A DNA stretch of 63,670 nucleotides, filler included, from Bigelowiella natans CCMP2755 (GCA_000320545.1; 7 parts of 7 records of this genome joined end to end with filler, not necessarily neighbours in it); one strand, 5' to 3'; shown: positions 1-13,755, counted from the first letter of the whole stretch. Numbers and translations are program-made. The notes: a model not told the origin generated them from the letters alone.

Positions 1-1551
1 TGAATGCTCCTCCTATTCAACAACCGGAAGAGAGTTCTCAACATTATGTGATCGAGATATACAGGGACACAGTGATTCTCAGACAATGAGATAAGCGTGC
101 GGGCTGGCAAGAATTTGGGGAAGGGTGGGGAGATAGTGGTAATGTACAAACTTCTTAATCATTTTCAAGGATAGCAGTGTCCCAAAAGCAATCTTTAATG
201 TGTAGTGTGGAAAAAAAAGCCTTCACGGGCAGAGGAAGGTCCGAAGAAGGAAAAGGATACAATAAGATAGAAGAGGGGACCTACGCTTTACAGATCGCTT
301 GCTCTTCCCGGAAGAGATCGCAGAGAATTTTAGAAAAGGGGGGGGGGGGGGGGGAGGATTGTACCACGTCAACACAGAGAACTGCCTTCCGATGGCCCTT
401 TAGCGTCATGTCGAGACTGAGCGTCTCTGAATCATACAGCTTGATTACGGGGTTTCCTATTATAAGATAGAAGAACCATTTATCAGTGACAAGGTCCCCG
501 TGGTATGAATGCAGAATAATTTCCCAAAATCGTGGATAACGTTGTCTTTGAAACGGTGAATAACAGACGATCTTCTATTCTCCTTCTTGCTACCCCTCCC
601 TTCCCCCCCACGCCGATCATGGACGCGAAATCCTCCCTATGTAAGCACCAACCTCTCTCGACGAGAACGGTCTTGTTGATGGTGTTATAGTGCTGTATAA
701 AAGCGATCTTATTGTCGTGGTGGCTGTGATCCCGCACATGCTCGCTCGGAGCATACTCCTTCGTCTCTAAGTTGGCACCTAGAGAGGCAAGAAGAGGAGG
801 AGGGGAGGGGATATGAACGGCGCATGATTTTATAAAGGAATCTCTTATAAAAACAAAATAAAATTGAGTGGGCAGCAGCATCTGAACACCACTGAAGCTT
901 AGGTTAATAAGATTGCATAAAAAAAGGTAGAGCTCTGCGAGAGAGCAGCGAAACTCCATCCTCAATTGAGCTTTTTCCTGCAGCACTTCTGATAGTGCCG
1001 GAGAGACAACAGATGCGGCAGAGAGCTTGCACAGCATTCGTATTATTTTTGAACTATTTGTAACGGAGGTGGTCCTGGCGTTTCTCCCTCTAGGATGTGC
1101 GAGTCGTCTCACTTTTTTTACCGTGCATTTTGTGGTATTGGACAGCCATCTCTGCAAGGTGGTCCAGGAGCGTCTCCCACCGAATTACTTTCTGTCCTCG
1201 GATGTCTATATCCTGCGTAGGGGGGGGGGAGGGGGGGAGGGACGAGGCCAGTGTGGTTGGAAGTTAATAGCGGAACCGAGAACTTAATGAATGGAACGTT
1301 TAAGATTGAATAAGTGTTAATAATACGCGCAAAAAAGACGGTGAGTGCAGGTTTTCTCGCAATCACCTCGAACACGTGCATGAGCGCACTGAGGATCTCA
1401 TTCTTGTTCGCTAATGGGAAATACATCCCCAGTGTGTCGTAGAATATGGTGCAAAAGTCGGGTAGATCGACCTGAATTTTCAAAGAGAGATGTACACGAA
1501 GTGTCAAATACACACACACACACACACACACAGTACATTATATTTCTATTT

Positions 1552-1595
<44 letters not shown>

Positions 1596-1600
1596 CTAGT

Positions 1601-1643
<43 letters not shown>

Positions 1644-1912
1644 GCACCCCTCTCCGACCCAGCCGAAGAAACTTTCGCTTCAGTCTCGCAATCATCAAAT
1701 CGTCAATAGTCATAACGATGCGTAGAATATCTGCCAGCCTTTTCTTCTTCTGCTCGCTGTACTCGGAGCGCGGGGTAAGGCCTTTCTTCTGTTCTCGATC
1801 GCCTTTGTCCTTCTTTGCTGGCACGGCGGAGGAGTCGAGGGAGGATGACCCAGCATAGTGCCTGATTCAAAACGTAAAAATGTATCACCTTGCCCAACTA
1901 TATCTCTTCGAT

Positions 1913-1948
<36 letters not shown>

Positions 1949-2322
1949 TGTGTGTGTGTGCGTGACTCTTCTCCCGGAGTGATATGTTGGTTGCTACTCA
2001 GAGGAAAGAAGACAGCTCATTGGTGAAAGCAGGATGTTGAGCTTGATATATTCCTGCCCTCTCACTTAATTCAGCTATTTTACATCACTGCAGCAACCAA
2101 TAGCCCAAGGACGGTGCAAGCATAACCATCGCGAAGAGCAGGAGAGTGAATACGCGTGCGTGTTCTCGAATGTGAGTGTCTATGGCTCCACAGAATGAAT
2201 GCCACAACAGAATAGATATTGGTGCGTACATGCTGCCAGGATTGAGCTCCTCGTTGGCGAGCAGCTCTTTCTTTAGTAAAGCGTAAGCATCGTTCTCGGA
2301 GGACGTCTTTTAGTTCAATACG

Positions 2323-2365
<43 letters not shown>

Positions 2366-2437
2366 CACGCACGACATACAGTTAGTATTGTGGGTATGTA
2401 AATGTATATATGTACACACACACACACACACACATAA

Positions 2438-2474
<37 letters not shown>

Positions 2475-3316
2475 CATATATAATATTAAACGAATATCTC
2501 TCCCCTCCCTCTGGTGTGTGAGACCGATCAGTATCACAATCAGTTGCATATGTCTTTGGAGCATGTGCAGCATCGTCATCTATTTCTACTGTGAGGCTAT
2601 TAACCCTGTCATAGAGCATTCCCAGCTCCATCTTCGCCATTTGACGGTTACGCGAGCTAGTGCGCGACGACGCTCGCATCTGGCCTTTCGAGCGGCTTCG
2701 AGGCCTTCGGCCTGTACCAGAAAATCAGTGAGAGACGTGGTGTGTGCTCGGAAATATTTATTTAATATCGCAGGACGTGTCCTACCCTCGCTATCTCGGC
2801 CTCTTCGCTTCGAGGCTGGTTTACTCGCGCGCATTCTCCGAGAGACCAATGAATTAGCGACTTTCTTATTCTCGGATTTTTTCGCCTTTCCTGTACTTTT
2901 TTGCACTGATTGCAACATCGAAGAAATACCAAAATTGGATCAAACAATGAAAATACATCATATTTACAGCTTTATTTAGTATAGTTTATAGGGAAAAGTT
3001 TCAGTAGTAGTAGTAGTAGTAGTTTTTGTTGTTGTTGCTTGAGTTGGTCCTCACTTTGCTGGTCGCTGAGCATCTTCTTGGGGTCCATATTGCGTAAGTA
3101 GAGCTTCAGCATCTCGATCATGTTGCCTGTTGATTCCTCGTCCTGCAATCGGATTGAGTTTCGCTCCGCATGCATTAAAAGGTGATTAAGCGCAAGCTCT
3201 TGCTGGAAGTCTCCCAAATCGTCGTCATCGAGATATGCATCGATCACGGGATACTTAGCCTTTTTTCCTTGCCCGCCCTCATTGTTCCCGTCCGTGTTTC
3301 CTCCCTCGATATCCAC
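1..3316 (-). CDS. Multi-exon WD40-repeat protein, possibly with an EF-hand-like region; runs off the window start, 5' end uncertain
   Basis: Minus-strand exons separated by SSR-rich introns. The exon at about 363-460 reads GNPVIKLYDSETLSLDMTLKGHRKAVLCVDV (WD40 signature). VDLPDFCTIFYDTL...EILSALMHVFEVI at about 1290-1470 is EF-hand-like. Further coding blocks at 640-790, 880-1120, 1640-1850, 2080-2320, 2530-2920 and 3040-3316. Confidence 0.6.
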
Positions 3317-4248
3317 CTTGATGAGATTTAATGAATCAAGGTTAGTTATCGACGTGAATGAGGCACGATATTAGGTAGTATGCAAGGTGTATGTGTGAGA
3401 GAAAAAACACGGTCAAAGATGTTGCAATCCTTAACGGGATCTCGAAAAACTATGTTTATCATCGTGCGTGTGACCGTTGTCAAGTCAAAAATTGAGTACC
3501 TCGGGGACCTCCACTGGCCCATCATTCTCGCCCTCCATCAGAGGCGATGCCACAGGAAAACTCTTGCAGAGTCAGAGTTGAAAGCTCTGTTTCCTTGAGA
3601 CAGGCAAATTGCACATAATAGTTTCAGTTCGAGCACGAAATCCACCAACAACTGTCCTTGGCGTTCTAATGCACTAATAGGCCGTGGAAAAGGTAGTGGT
3701 GAGGACATATGGGGGTAGAATGCTTTTCAATTTGTTAACTATACATCAAACTGCGTCTTTTGGGAAGGGAGGTGAGAGGCAGCAGCGAGACCAAAGTGGA
3801 AACCTATGCTCGAGGGGCAACAACAACGCCTATGCCTTTATTCAGACTTTGTTGCCGCTGTTTCTAGCTCGAAGGAAGGGTGATTTAGAAAAAATAATGT
3901 CACATTGGTATGACGCTTTCCAATAACGGCAAACGATCCCGTGGCACACTTAGATGCGTTTTTCTCAAGGCCGTTTCAGTAACTGTGCAATAATTCCCTC
4001 TTCATATTTTACTTTTGCGACAACAACACTTGTTGTCGCAGAGCATTGAAGGAGTATGTGTGCGTTACACTTCGTACGAGGTTCTTTCTTGTGCCTGCGC
4101 TCGTGGTAGTTTGACCGACAATTAATACCAAATGACGAACGGGGATATTGCTGAAAGAAACAACCTATCTGGGATGTCGTAGCTCCGGAACATCACATAT
4201 TTTTTCGATCAAATATCCGACAAGATTCCAAACCTTCGCCCCTTCTTC

Positions 4249-7200
4249 ATGCTTCTGTTTCTCCTCGGGTTGGGGTTCCTCAGCCACGAAGTCGATGCCC
4301 AGATCGCTGCTACGGCTACCTTCGACTATGGAACACTATCAGGCACTATCAGGTTTTCTCAGGTAAGATTTTTTTTAACTTTGACCCTTTCAGCGAGAAG
4401 TAATCTTCTGTTTGGCAGAACTCGGCTTCGGACTCCACCATCATCACAGTGAATCTGACGGGAATCACGGAAAACAACAACAAATGGCATGTTCATGTTT
4501 TTCCCGTGGAAGACGGATGTCATTCCTCGTCCACCGGAGGTACGCACATCTCATCTCTCTCGATACGTACTGCTAGATTCCGTAAACTTGGACGCCCCTC
4601 AGGGAGTTGATATGCTCGTTAGGTCACTACAACCCCCTTAACGTGGCTCTAGGATACGCAACTCCATGCGTTCCCCAATCAGTTTGCGAAATAGGAGACC
4701 TCTCAGGAAAGCATGGACAGTTTTCAGCAGCGATTGTGAATGCAGAGTACAATGATACCAATTTGCCTCTCTTCGGCGTGAACAGCATTGTTGGGCGTTC
4801 AATTGTGATTCACGCCAGTGGTGGAGCTCGGATGGCCTGCGCGACAATCATGCCTGACGGACTCGTGAAAACTGTGAGAGCTGGTTTCGATGGTGAAGCC
4901 TTGCTGGGAAGCGTGACTCTGATGGAGTACGGCCCATCCAATGCGAAACAGACTATGGTGCTGGCCAATGTCAACCTGCAGTCTTCATATCAGTCGCGTT
5001 ACGGAGATAGCGGACCAGTTTCTTGGAACGTATATTCGGTGCATCCAAACGCTACCCTGGGATTCGACTACCTTTCAACAGGTACTACTCGTTGCTGGCC
5101 TAAATTCATATAAGCAGGGACGGGGCAGATACATATATTTTTTGTTTCCTTCAGGTGCTTCAGGCGGAGGCTGCGATGTCATGGAAAACAGCGCATCTGT
5201 GTTCAATACAGCTACGATCGGCAACCTAACTCTGAAACACGGGCTGCTCACTCTAGGATCCAAGTCTTTCTTCACCGACAGCAACCTTCCATTGAGTGGA
5301 GCCAATTCCGTAGGTGCGCTGGGATTATCTATTGGACGCCTTGGATGTGCAACCATCGGGCGACACGTGCGAGCAGAGTTTGACATAAATGGTGTCTACG
5401 GCTATATTGAAATGGTCCAGGCTTCTGAGACCGATACGACGGCTGTTACAGTTAGCCTCGACGGGCTCTCCGACCTCGGCAATAAGTGGCATGTACATGA
5501 ATTCCCTATTATAGACGGCTGTCAGAGCAGCTCTGTGGGTGGGCACTACAATCCTTACGACGTTTCTCTCGGCTACTCCACCCCGTGTATAGACATGTCA
5601 GTGTGCGAGGTGGGAGACTTGTCCGGGAAGCATGTGAGGCTTTCCTCGGCCGCCGTGATGCAAACGTACAATGACACCAATCTACCCCTGAGTGGTAAGT
5701 ATTCCGTTGTGGGGAGGTCGATCGTACTTCACAGAAACAGCGACGGATCTCGATACGCGTGTGCTACAATTTTGCCTACTCTAAGGTTCAAGACGATCAG
5801 AGCTATATTTGACACGGATGTGCGCGGGGTGATGACTTTCAGTCAGGAGCGTTTCGACTCTAAGGCAGATTCTTGGGTGCTCGCTGATATTGAACATAGC
5901 ACCTCTACGTCAAGCATCCAGCATAAATATCACGTCCATGTCAATCCAACAAGTATTGACAACCCCACCGATTGTGGGTCTAGCGTGACAGGAGGCCATT
6001 GGAATCCATCCATGGTTTCTAATTCACACTGCAGTGCAGGAAACTGGTCTTTATGCGAGATTGGCGATCTAAGCGGTAAGCATGACAAAATCGCTATTCC
6101 ATCCTCAAATTCCTCCAAAGTTTTCTACACGGATAATACTCTTCCGCTCTCGGGAGCGTATTCTATCGAATCAAGATCCATTGTGATCCATGCGGCCAAT
6201 GCAGGGGCTGCACGAATTGCATGCGCCACCTTGGGCAAGTATGCTAGGGCCACGTTTCCCTCCTACGGTTCTATCGATTTCCTTCAAGCCAGCGAATATA
6301 GCAGCAGCCAAATCACTGTTCTGTTGCCTGGATTACCCGCAAGTGTTACAGGATGGGAAATCCGATCAAGTCCCTCCACAGGCGGATTATGCGACTCTCT
6401 CATTTACTCGCCAGGTTCTCTCTTTAATCCGAACACAACATCGCTGGACAACAACGCAGTCGGGGCGCTAACTGCGAAATTTGGCAACCTCGTCGCAAGT
6501 GGCAATTTCACAGACGCAAACTTGCTATTTGGTAAGAGCTCCGTCGTAGGTCGTAGCGTAGTCCTCCTCGATGGCACCACGATTCATGCGTGCAGCACTA
6601 TTGAAGGGACACTAACGCCTTCAGTGTTGAGAGCTAGCTTTTCTGGCTACGATTTGGATGGAACAATCCTCATCAAACAGCCTCGTTCAGACCCTCGATC
6701 CGAGACTGTCGTCAGCATTTCCTTGCAATATTCAGCGCCTCATGCCGCGGCCCAGACTGTGAATCACAAATATCATGTGCACGTCAACCCTGTGGATTCA
6801 ACACAAACTGGCACATCGCGTTGCGGCTCCGCCTCCACTGGGGGGCATTGGAACCCTAATGCTGTGGGCAACCAGTATTGCGGTGCTAATGAGGATGAGT
6901 GGGCTCATTGTGAAGTTGGAGACCTTTCAAATAAGCACGGACTTCTTTCCTTTCCTGCGGTAGGGAGCGGACGCGTGGTATACAGCGATAATATGTTGCC
7001 CTTACAGGGTGCATGGCTCATATCCGGGCGTTCCATAGTGGTTCACGCCGAAAACTCTGGAAGCAGTCGCATCGATTGCGCCACGCTGGAAGTTGCTGAT
7101 CCTGGTGCGACATTCTACGTGACACTCACGATCCAGGGAGACATCAGCCAGGTTGACTCGTCTTATAGATCTACATTCAAATCCAATTTGGCTTCGTTGA

Positions 7201-7691
7201 TGGGAGTTCCAACCTCTGATATTGCCATCGAGTATTCAGCCGGCAGCATTATCGCTTCTGTATTATTCACTTCCTCCATTCCTGGGGTTACAAATTATGA
7301 GCTAGCACACACATTATCACATCTGCACACGTCCACACTCTCCTCGGCACTGGCTGTGACTGTTTCGGGTGTTTCGACTCCTAGCCAAGCCCCTCCAACG
7401 CCAAGCCCGACTCCTACTCCAGCACCGGCGCCCAGTAGTACTAAGGACGATGAGAAATTAGACAAGGCCACTCTGATCGTCATTTATATTTTGATGGCGT
7501 TGATGGTTGCAATGTTGCTGTTGATGATATACTTCTGCTGCCGTAAACTGCGGATCGATAAGGGGCGTAGATCATCCCTTTTGGATGCGGCCGGGAGGTC
7601 TGACGCCGCCGTTTTCGATGGACGAAAGAGTAAGGTCAATGAAATCAAGGCGATGGAGATGCAAGGTTACAATGGTGGTGGAAATGTCTAA
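4249..7691 (+). CDS. Copper-only superoxide dismutase repeat protein: signal peptide, 6 SOD-like domains, SEA-like domain, P/T linker, TM helix, cytoplasmic tail; about 1076 aa
   Basis: Exons 4249-4362, 4419-4539, 4623-5081 and 5155-7691 join in frame with GT-AG sites (3231 nt). The motif set (W/Y)HVH...GGH(Y/W)NP...CE(I/V)GDLS(G/N)KH...RSIV(I/L/V)H...R(x)2CAT occurs four times, plus two degenerate copies. N-terminal MLLFLLGLGFLSHEVDA; TM LIVIYILMALMVAMLLLMIYFCC. Confidence 0.9.
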
Positions 7692-8681
7692 AATGCTACC
7701 TTCCCGCACCTGATAACGGGCCATCTTATGAGACTGAATTTTCATTTCATCGCCTTAATCCATAGTGATGTTGCATGGGATGTTATTTCTGATCTTCAGA
7801 ATGAGTGTTGAAAATGCTTGTGTTTTGCGGACGGATCAGTCGCTTGACACACAAGTCGTGTCATCATGCACTTGTTGCAGAGCCATGCATCGCTGCCATG
7901 CTAGCATGTCATTCACGCACACAGTTGCATGAAACGCCATGAGGCTAATGCGCGCTGTCAGAACAAAGCCATGCCATGCGCAGCGACAATGTGAAGCATG
8001 CTAGCATGAAGCGATGACATTTCAATGTGAACGAACAAGCGAAAATGGAAAGAGAAGCGATGCCTTGCCATGCGATGCAAAGAAACGTGGCAAAATGTGA
8101 AGCAATTTTGGCAAAAAGATGTGATGCCAGCAAAGTTTCACATTTCATCCTCAAAAGCGTTTCCCAGATTTTTTGGCGATCATTGTGATCACTCCTACCA
8201 ACCGCAAAACACTTGCCATCCCCAAACAAAACGTCTCAATCTGCCATCAATCAAGGAGATTCTTCCACCCCGCCGCCACGTTCTTCAAACCCATCAAGGC
8301 TCTTCCCATGCATCAGATTTTCAAATTTGAGGAAACCGCATCAGATTCGAGCCATTCACAATCTTCCCTGTCAAGCGCAACAGCTTGCTGCACAGTCTGT
8401 GTCTTCCTTCTTGTCCACTTGGATGACAAGAATGCGCAGACGTGGGCATTTCATTGGCAGGCAACACAATTTTTGAATTTTTTTTTGTCAGTTTGATTGC
8501 ATGTCGCAGGGCTAAAACCCCATGTGTTTTTTTGTCAGTAGAAGACAAAAGACAGTCGAGAAAAACACTCCTAACGCGACAAAGGATAACGGCAACACAA
8601 ACAACATTGCTGCCCCCCAACCCCTGGAACTGTTCTCACCCCCCCTGCCTTGCTGGGGGGAATTTTAGGCCTCCGAATCAT

Positions 8682-9707
8682 ATGACATCTGGATCTCCAT
8701 TACGCTTCCATGATGTTGAGGTGTTAATGTGTGACTCGCATGCAATTCTCGAACCTCCATCACGTGGAAGTTCCTTCATTCTTGCCGATTCTCGAAATTT
8801 CTCTTCCGTCGCCCCTTCCACTCGTAATTTTATCTCTCTTGTTGTGAGGCCTGAACGTAAACGAACCAATTCGTCAACTTAAACTCAAAAATGCTATTCC
8901 CTGACCAAGTTTTTCGTGAACAAAAAGGCGGAGAGCGGCGAGGACCAGGATGGGCACGAGCACGAGATCACTCCAGAGCGGTTACTTCTAATTTCACACC
9001 ATAGATGAGTCGCAAGAATCAGATTGCACGCGTGCAAATGTGAAAAAAAGACACCTCTCAATCCAGTTATTTATAGGCTGCGGGAATTGCTAGACTGTAA
9101 GGAGCTGAAGGATGTGACGAGCGCGCGGTTAAATCTGAGTGCTCGTACGCAATCGCTGGATAGTATCGGCGAGATTTTGCCTAATTTGACTGAACTAGAC
9201 CTTAGTGGTAGTGAAATAGCCACCTTGCGCGACTTGGGGCAGTCTATGTGCTGCAATCTAAGGTAATCATCGCCAGCCAATGATAGATATGAATATTGCA
9301 CAGCCAAAACCCAATCGCTTATTTCTCATTTTTCTAATCTTTTCATCGTGAATATGTTGTGTCTATTCACAAGAAGATAACAGAGTATCTAGATGCTCTC
9401 TGCCTATCTCTTTCCTCCTCCTGTCTTCCCTCCTTTTTCCTCCTTGCGCATATGCAAGTGCCAACATGTCTGCGTGCCAATATGCTGATCTGACAGCCCC
9501 CTGTGCATTTTTCACCGAAGGGTATTATGGCTCGCACACTGCAACCTGAAGGACCTGGACTGCGTCGATACGATGGAGCAGTTAGAGGAGCTCTACATTC
9601 CATTTAACCAGATCAAGGATGTCTCGCAGCTTTTCCTACACCCTACTCTCCAGGTCGGTCAGTAGCAGCAACAGACAAATCTTGATTTTGTATTATATTA
9701 TCAAAAT

Positions 9708-9738
<31 letters not shown>

Positions 9739-10127
9739 CACACACGCACATAATGATCATCATCATCGTCATCATCATGATCTCGAAATAGGTCCTGGAT
9801 TTAGACGACAACCAAGTTGCAAATGTGGAAAGCGTCGACTTCCTAGCCTCGATCAAGAAGCTTCAAGTACTCAACCTCGACAACAACCCGATCGCGCTGA
9901 AGACCTACTACCGCAACATTGTTTGCTCTAGGATCACGCATCTGGAAACGCTGGACAACGTATGCGTGTATATGTCTATGTATGTGTGTATGTGTTTATG
10001 TTTGGGTACATAGCATGACTGCCGTTGTCACCGTCATCAATGCCTTCGGTACGAGAGGGAGAGACACAAACTTCCGTGAGTAAAGCCCTCAAGAGAAACT
10101 ATCGTGATCATCATCCTCCTTTAGCTC

Positions 10128-10164
<37 letters not shown>

Positions 10165-10804
10165 TATTGTGTGTGTGTGTGTGTGTGTTGCATGCTTGTT
10201 CTTGTGCGCTTCTTTCCTATACCATGCCCCCCCAAAGATCAAGGTGTCGGACATGGAACGGAAGCGTGTGACGGATGAGGACGAAGCAATTGAGGACTAC
10301 GCCCGGCGAGAGGCAGCTGAACAATCGGAAAAGATGCGTAAAGGCATCTTTCCCGGCCATGAGGTGCCCCTCACGAAGCAGCAGCCTTTCTCGTCGTCCT
10401 CCGTTTCTTCGGTGGCAACAACTCCGCGAACGCCAAGAACCGCTCGATTCTTCCCTGAATTCCCTAACACATCGCGGTCCACTAGCCTCCCTCACTACTC
10501 CTCCTTCTCGGGAAGCACGCCGCGCCTCTTTGACTCGCCGTCATCTTCCGCTCGCGGTGGAACAGCGTCGCCGTTGACGTTCTCTCCGTCTCGCCCGTCG
10601 ACGGCGCACCGTAGTGCTCCAGAGACGCCAACCGCTGCTGGCGCTTCAATGATGAAGGGAAACATGGCCGGAAGCGAGCTTACCTTCGGCACTCAGCAGG
10701 CTATTCGTGGTAGCTTCATCAACTCATTGAGAGAGCGCCGGAGGACCAACTCCGCCTCTCAAAGGCGGCGGAGCTCGAGTAGGGGGAACAATAGCGGTAG
10801 ATGA
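8682..10804 (+). CDS. LRRC56: Leucine-rich repeat protein 56 (ODA8-like outer dynein arm assembly factor)
   Basis: Spliced exons give EITPERLRELL...LPNLTELDLSGSEIATLRDLGQSM..NLRVLWLAHCNLKDLD...LEELYIPFNQIKDVSQL...LQVLDLDDNQV...LNLDNNPI...YRNIVCSRITHLETLDN, plus C-terminal GSELTFG..AIRGSFINSLRERR. Both match LRRC56 motifs. The first exon (8682-8720) is inferred from splice phase. Confidence 0.8.
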
Positions 10805-11689
10805 CTTCTTAGTTGATGCTGTGACTTTGTTCACGGCCAACGTATGAGACGGATGTAATGAAACGATTAACTCCTTTCAATGGTCATCCTGATGTAGCTA
10901 TGCAAAGCAACGTATGCTATGCATGTAAACATACTGCAAAGCGCTCACATCTAGATATGTTTAGGTGTAGCTAGTCAGTTACCTGCTTAATGTGTTGCTT
11001 GTCTGCGCCCTACCACGTGCGCGTCTAGGTGTACGTACGCATCCTGATGTGGACATTATGATGCGACCTCGCATGCAGCTAGTCGATTGTGTTACTGTCA
11101 TGCACACTACGCCCCATGCTCGAGCCTTCGACCGTCTGCCGCGGAATTATTTGTCGGGTCCATTGTTGTTACATGCAGCTTGGCTTTATTATTCCGATCT
11201 GATACACAGCATGGCGGGCATGCACATCGTAAGCTCGCACCAACTTGCCTTGCATTCGCTACGCTTTGCATGCAATACCATGCCATACGTATCGTGCGAT
11301 TTTAATTCGTGGCAGTACATTTTCATTACCGAATAATTTCTTTTCTACCTCAATTCTAATATTAATTCGTATCATACGCTCCATGAGCTCTACTGTAAAT
11401 CCGTGTTTGTCCTTCGTGGCACTCGCTTGTATTTTAACATTATGTTGTGCAGCTCCAAGTATCGCCGTAGTTTTGACTGTACGAGTGGCTCTTTTTCTTT
11501 CAGCCGTAATTTCCAAGTTGCTGTTGTGGAATGTCGATATTTAGGTAGGTTGGCTGCACAAAAAATTGAAAAGGATAATGAGCGCGTGCAAATCATTAGG
11601 AGAGGAAGGGAAAAGAAAAAGAGTTTTGTGTAGTCAACTAACCAATCTGGCTTGCAACACCGCTGTCCACCGCCGTGCCCTCTTCTGAG

Positions 11690-12092
11690 GGTTTGCTATG
11701 TCTCTGGGCGGCAGCAGCTGCAAAGAGGGAACTATAGAGGGAGAGGTCCTCCTGTAGCTCGAGATATCTGCAGTATATTTACAATTGGTCAAGTTTCATT
11801 GTCCTTCCCGCGCTCTCTCACACTTTTTTTAGTAGTAGAAGAAGTAGTTGTGGTTGCTATTATTGTAGTCGTAGTACTATCAGCAGCAGTACTTTATCTC
11901 AACGGTCATAAATCTCCCAATGGCGTGGGGCAAACGGCGTTTGTGACCAAGATAATTCTCTCAACACCCCTTGTCTCTCTTCGCCCTCCACCCCCCCCTC
12001 TCTCGCTCGCGTCTTTCGTAATACATACTCTTGGTAGAGAAGGCTCACTGAAACTTCCTCTTCTTCGCTACTGATACGCCTGCGACGTTGGC

Positions 12093-12123
<31 letters not shown>

Positions 12124-12826
12124 ACTTGCTGAACTTTTCTTTCCTCCTCCTTCGCGCGGCTTGCTCTTCCCTGTACGCACTGGCGATGTTGCAGAAGAAG
12201 AAGAGGGCTCTAGCGGCTGCTTTCTCTTTAGCTTCCTCATCCTTTTCATCTGATCGTGGTATGCATCACAACGGATACGATTAGTGATAACTGCATTCAT
12301 ACGTGTCTGTCTGTCTGTGTGTGCGTGTGTGTTTGTTGGTGCGCGCTTCATTTTTCTCCATTCGAATGTCCGATATGGCGGTTTATACAGCTTCCATCAT
12401 CAGCATCCTCAGTATCATCAGCATCGATTCAGCATCACCAGCTGACTCCCTTTTCCCTGTCACGTCACTATCCCATTTATGCTACGGTGTACCCAAGGAT
12501 GTGGCTTCGGCGATCTCTTTTTGTTGCCATTCCCCTCTGCCCTCGATTGCGATGTCGAAGATGGTGATGAGGGTAATGGTATTGTAGGTGAGGGCAGGGG
12601 CGGCTGTTGTTCCTCTGGAGCAAGGTGATCTAGGGCCGTGATAACTGCAGGGTATTCTTTGCTTCGTGTAGCGGTGAGATCTTCTCTTTTGACGTCGTCA
12701 GGCATAGTAGCATTCTGGAGGGTAAGCTTTCTGTGGCAAGAGGCGCGGATGCTGTTGATATCCGGTCACGGAGATTGGTCATAATCAAGAATGTGATAGG
12801 CCACATATATATAATATTATATATAA

Positions 12827-12869
<43 letters not shown>

Positions 12870-13755
12870 TTTACATTAATATATATCAATATGTATTTGT
12901 TGTGTAAAATGGGATCGAGATGAATTTTACAAATTTGACTTTTTAATGAGGTTATGTTCGGTGGCTTACGCAACTTGTAGCTATTCTCCCCAGTCCTCTC
13001 GTAGATCTATGTGGAGAACGAGAAAATAGCACGATGCACGTGAGGGGTGTGGAAAGGATGAAACTTCAGCTAAATTGAATAAGCGTTGCATTTGAGTTCA
13101 AGGGTCATTTAACTGCATAAACAGTATTAACAGCTGATCAAGAAGAATTCGAAAACATGGATCATTCCTCCGCCAAAACCATCGCCATCCCACTACCAAA
13201 AGGTTTCTGCAAAATGAATCATTCTTTTTGTGGAATGGAACTAAATAGGTTCTTCGATGAAGTCGTCGTGGTGAGAGGGGCATCGCGTAAAAACCTGGTA
13301 CAACTTCGGGTCCTGGATGAGGTTTGTGAACAGATACTTCTCTTCGCCAACAGTGAGCATCTGGATGTGTGTGTGTGTGTGTGTGTGTGTGTGGGAAGAA
13401 AGACGATTTCGAAAGGAAACAAGCGCCAAGTAAGGAGTTGCGCAGATGCAGACACATTCGCTCTCTACACTTGCAAAACGTCATAATGCTTTCCAGAATG
13501 AAAGGTAAAGTCAAGGGCTAACACAGAATGGCGGCATCAATGCGGGGAGCATTGTGCTAAGAGCAGCAGCTCGACACCCACCCCTGAGCCTTCCGACCCA
13601 ACAAGAATCCGGATTTTATCCTCTGCGCTCAAAATTTTCTTCATCATTCCCTTGTTCAACTTAATGGAGAATCCTATCGCAGATGGATGCTTTCGAATCA
13701 GGTGGCCGGAGGCGGGGGGAGAGGCCATACCCTGACCAGCAGAAGAAGACACCAT
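11690..13755 (-). CDS. Hypothetical multi-exon protein
   Basis: Coding-like minus blocks MVSSSAGQ (13755), AIGFSIKLNKGMMKKILSAEDKIRILVG, MLTVGEEKYLFTNLIQDPKLYQVF, MPDDVKREDLTATRSKEYPAVITALDHLAPE and CDAYHDQMKRMRKLKRK. No family recognised; ends approximate. Confidence 0.45.

Noticed and set aside
4941-5154. N-terminal ~70 aa of the listed 916-aa ORF
   Set aside because: Out-of-frame exon 3 sequence plus intron 3; the true frame joins at 5155.
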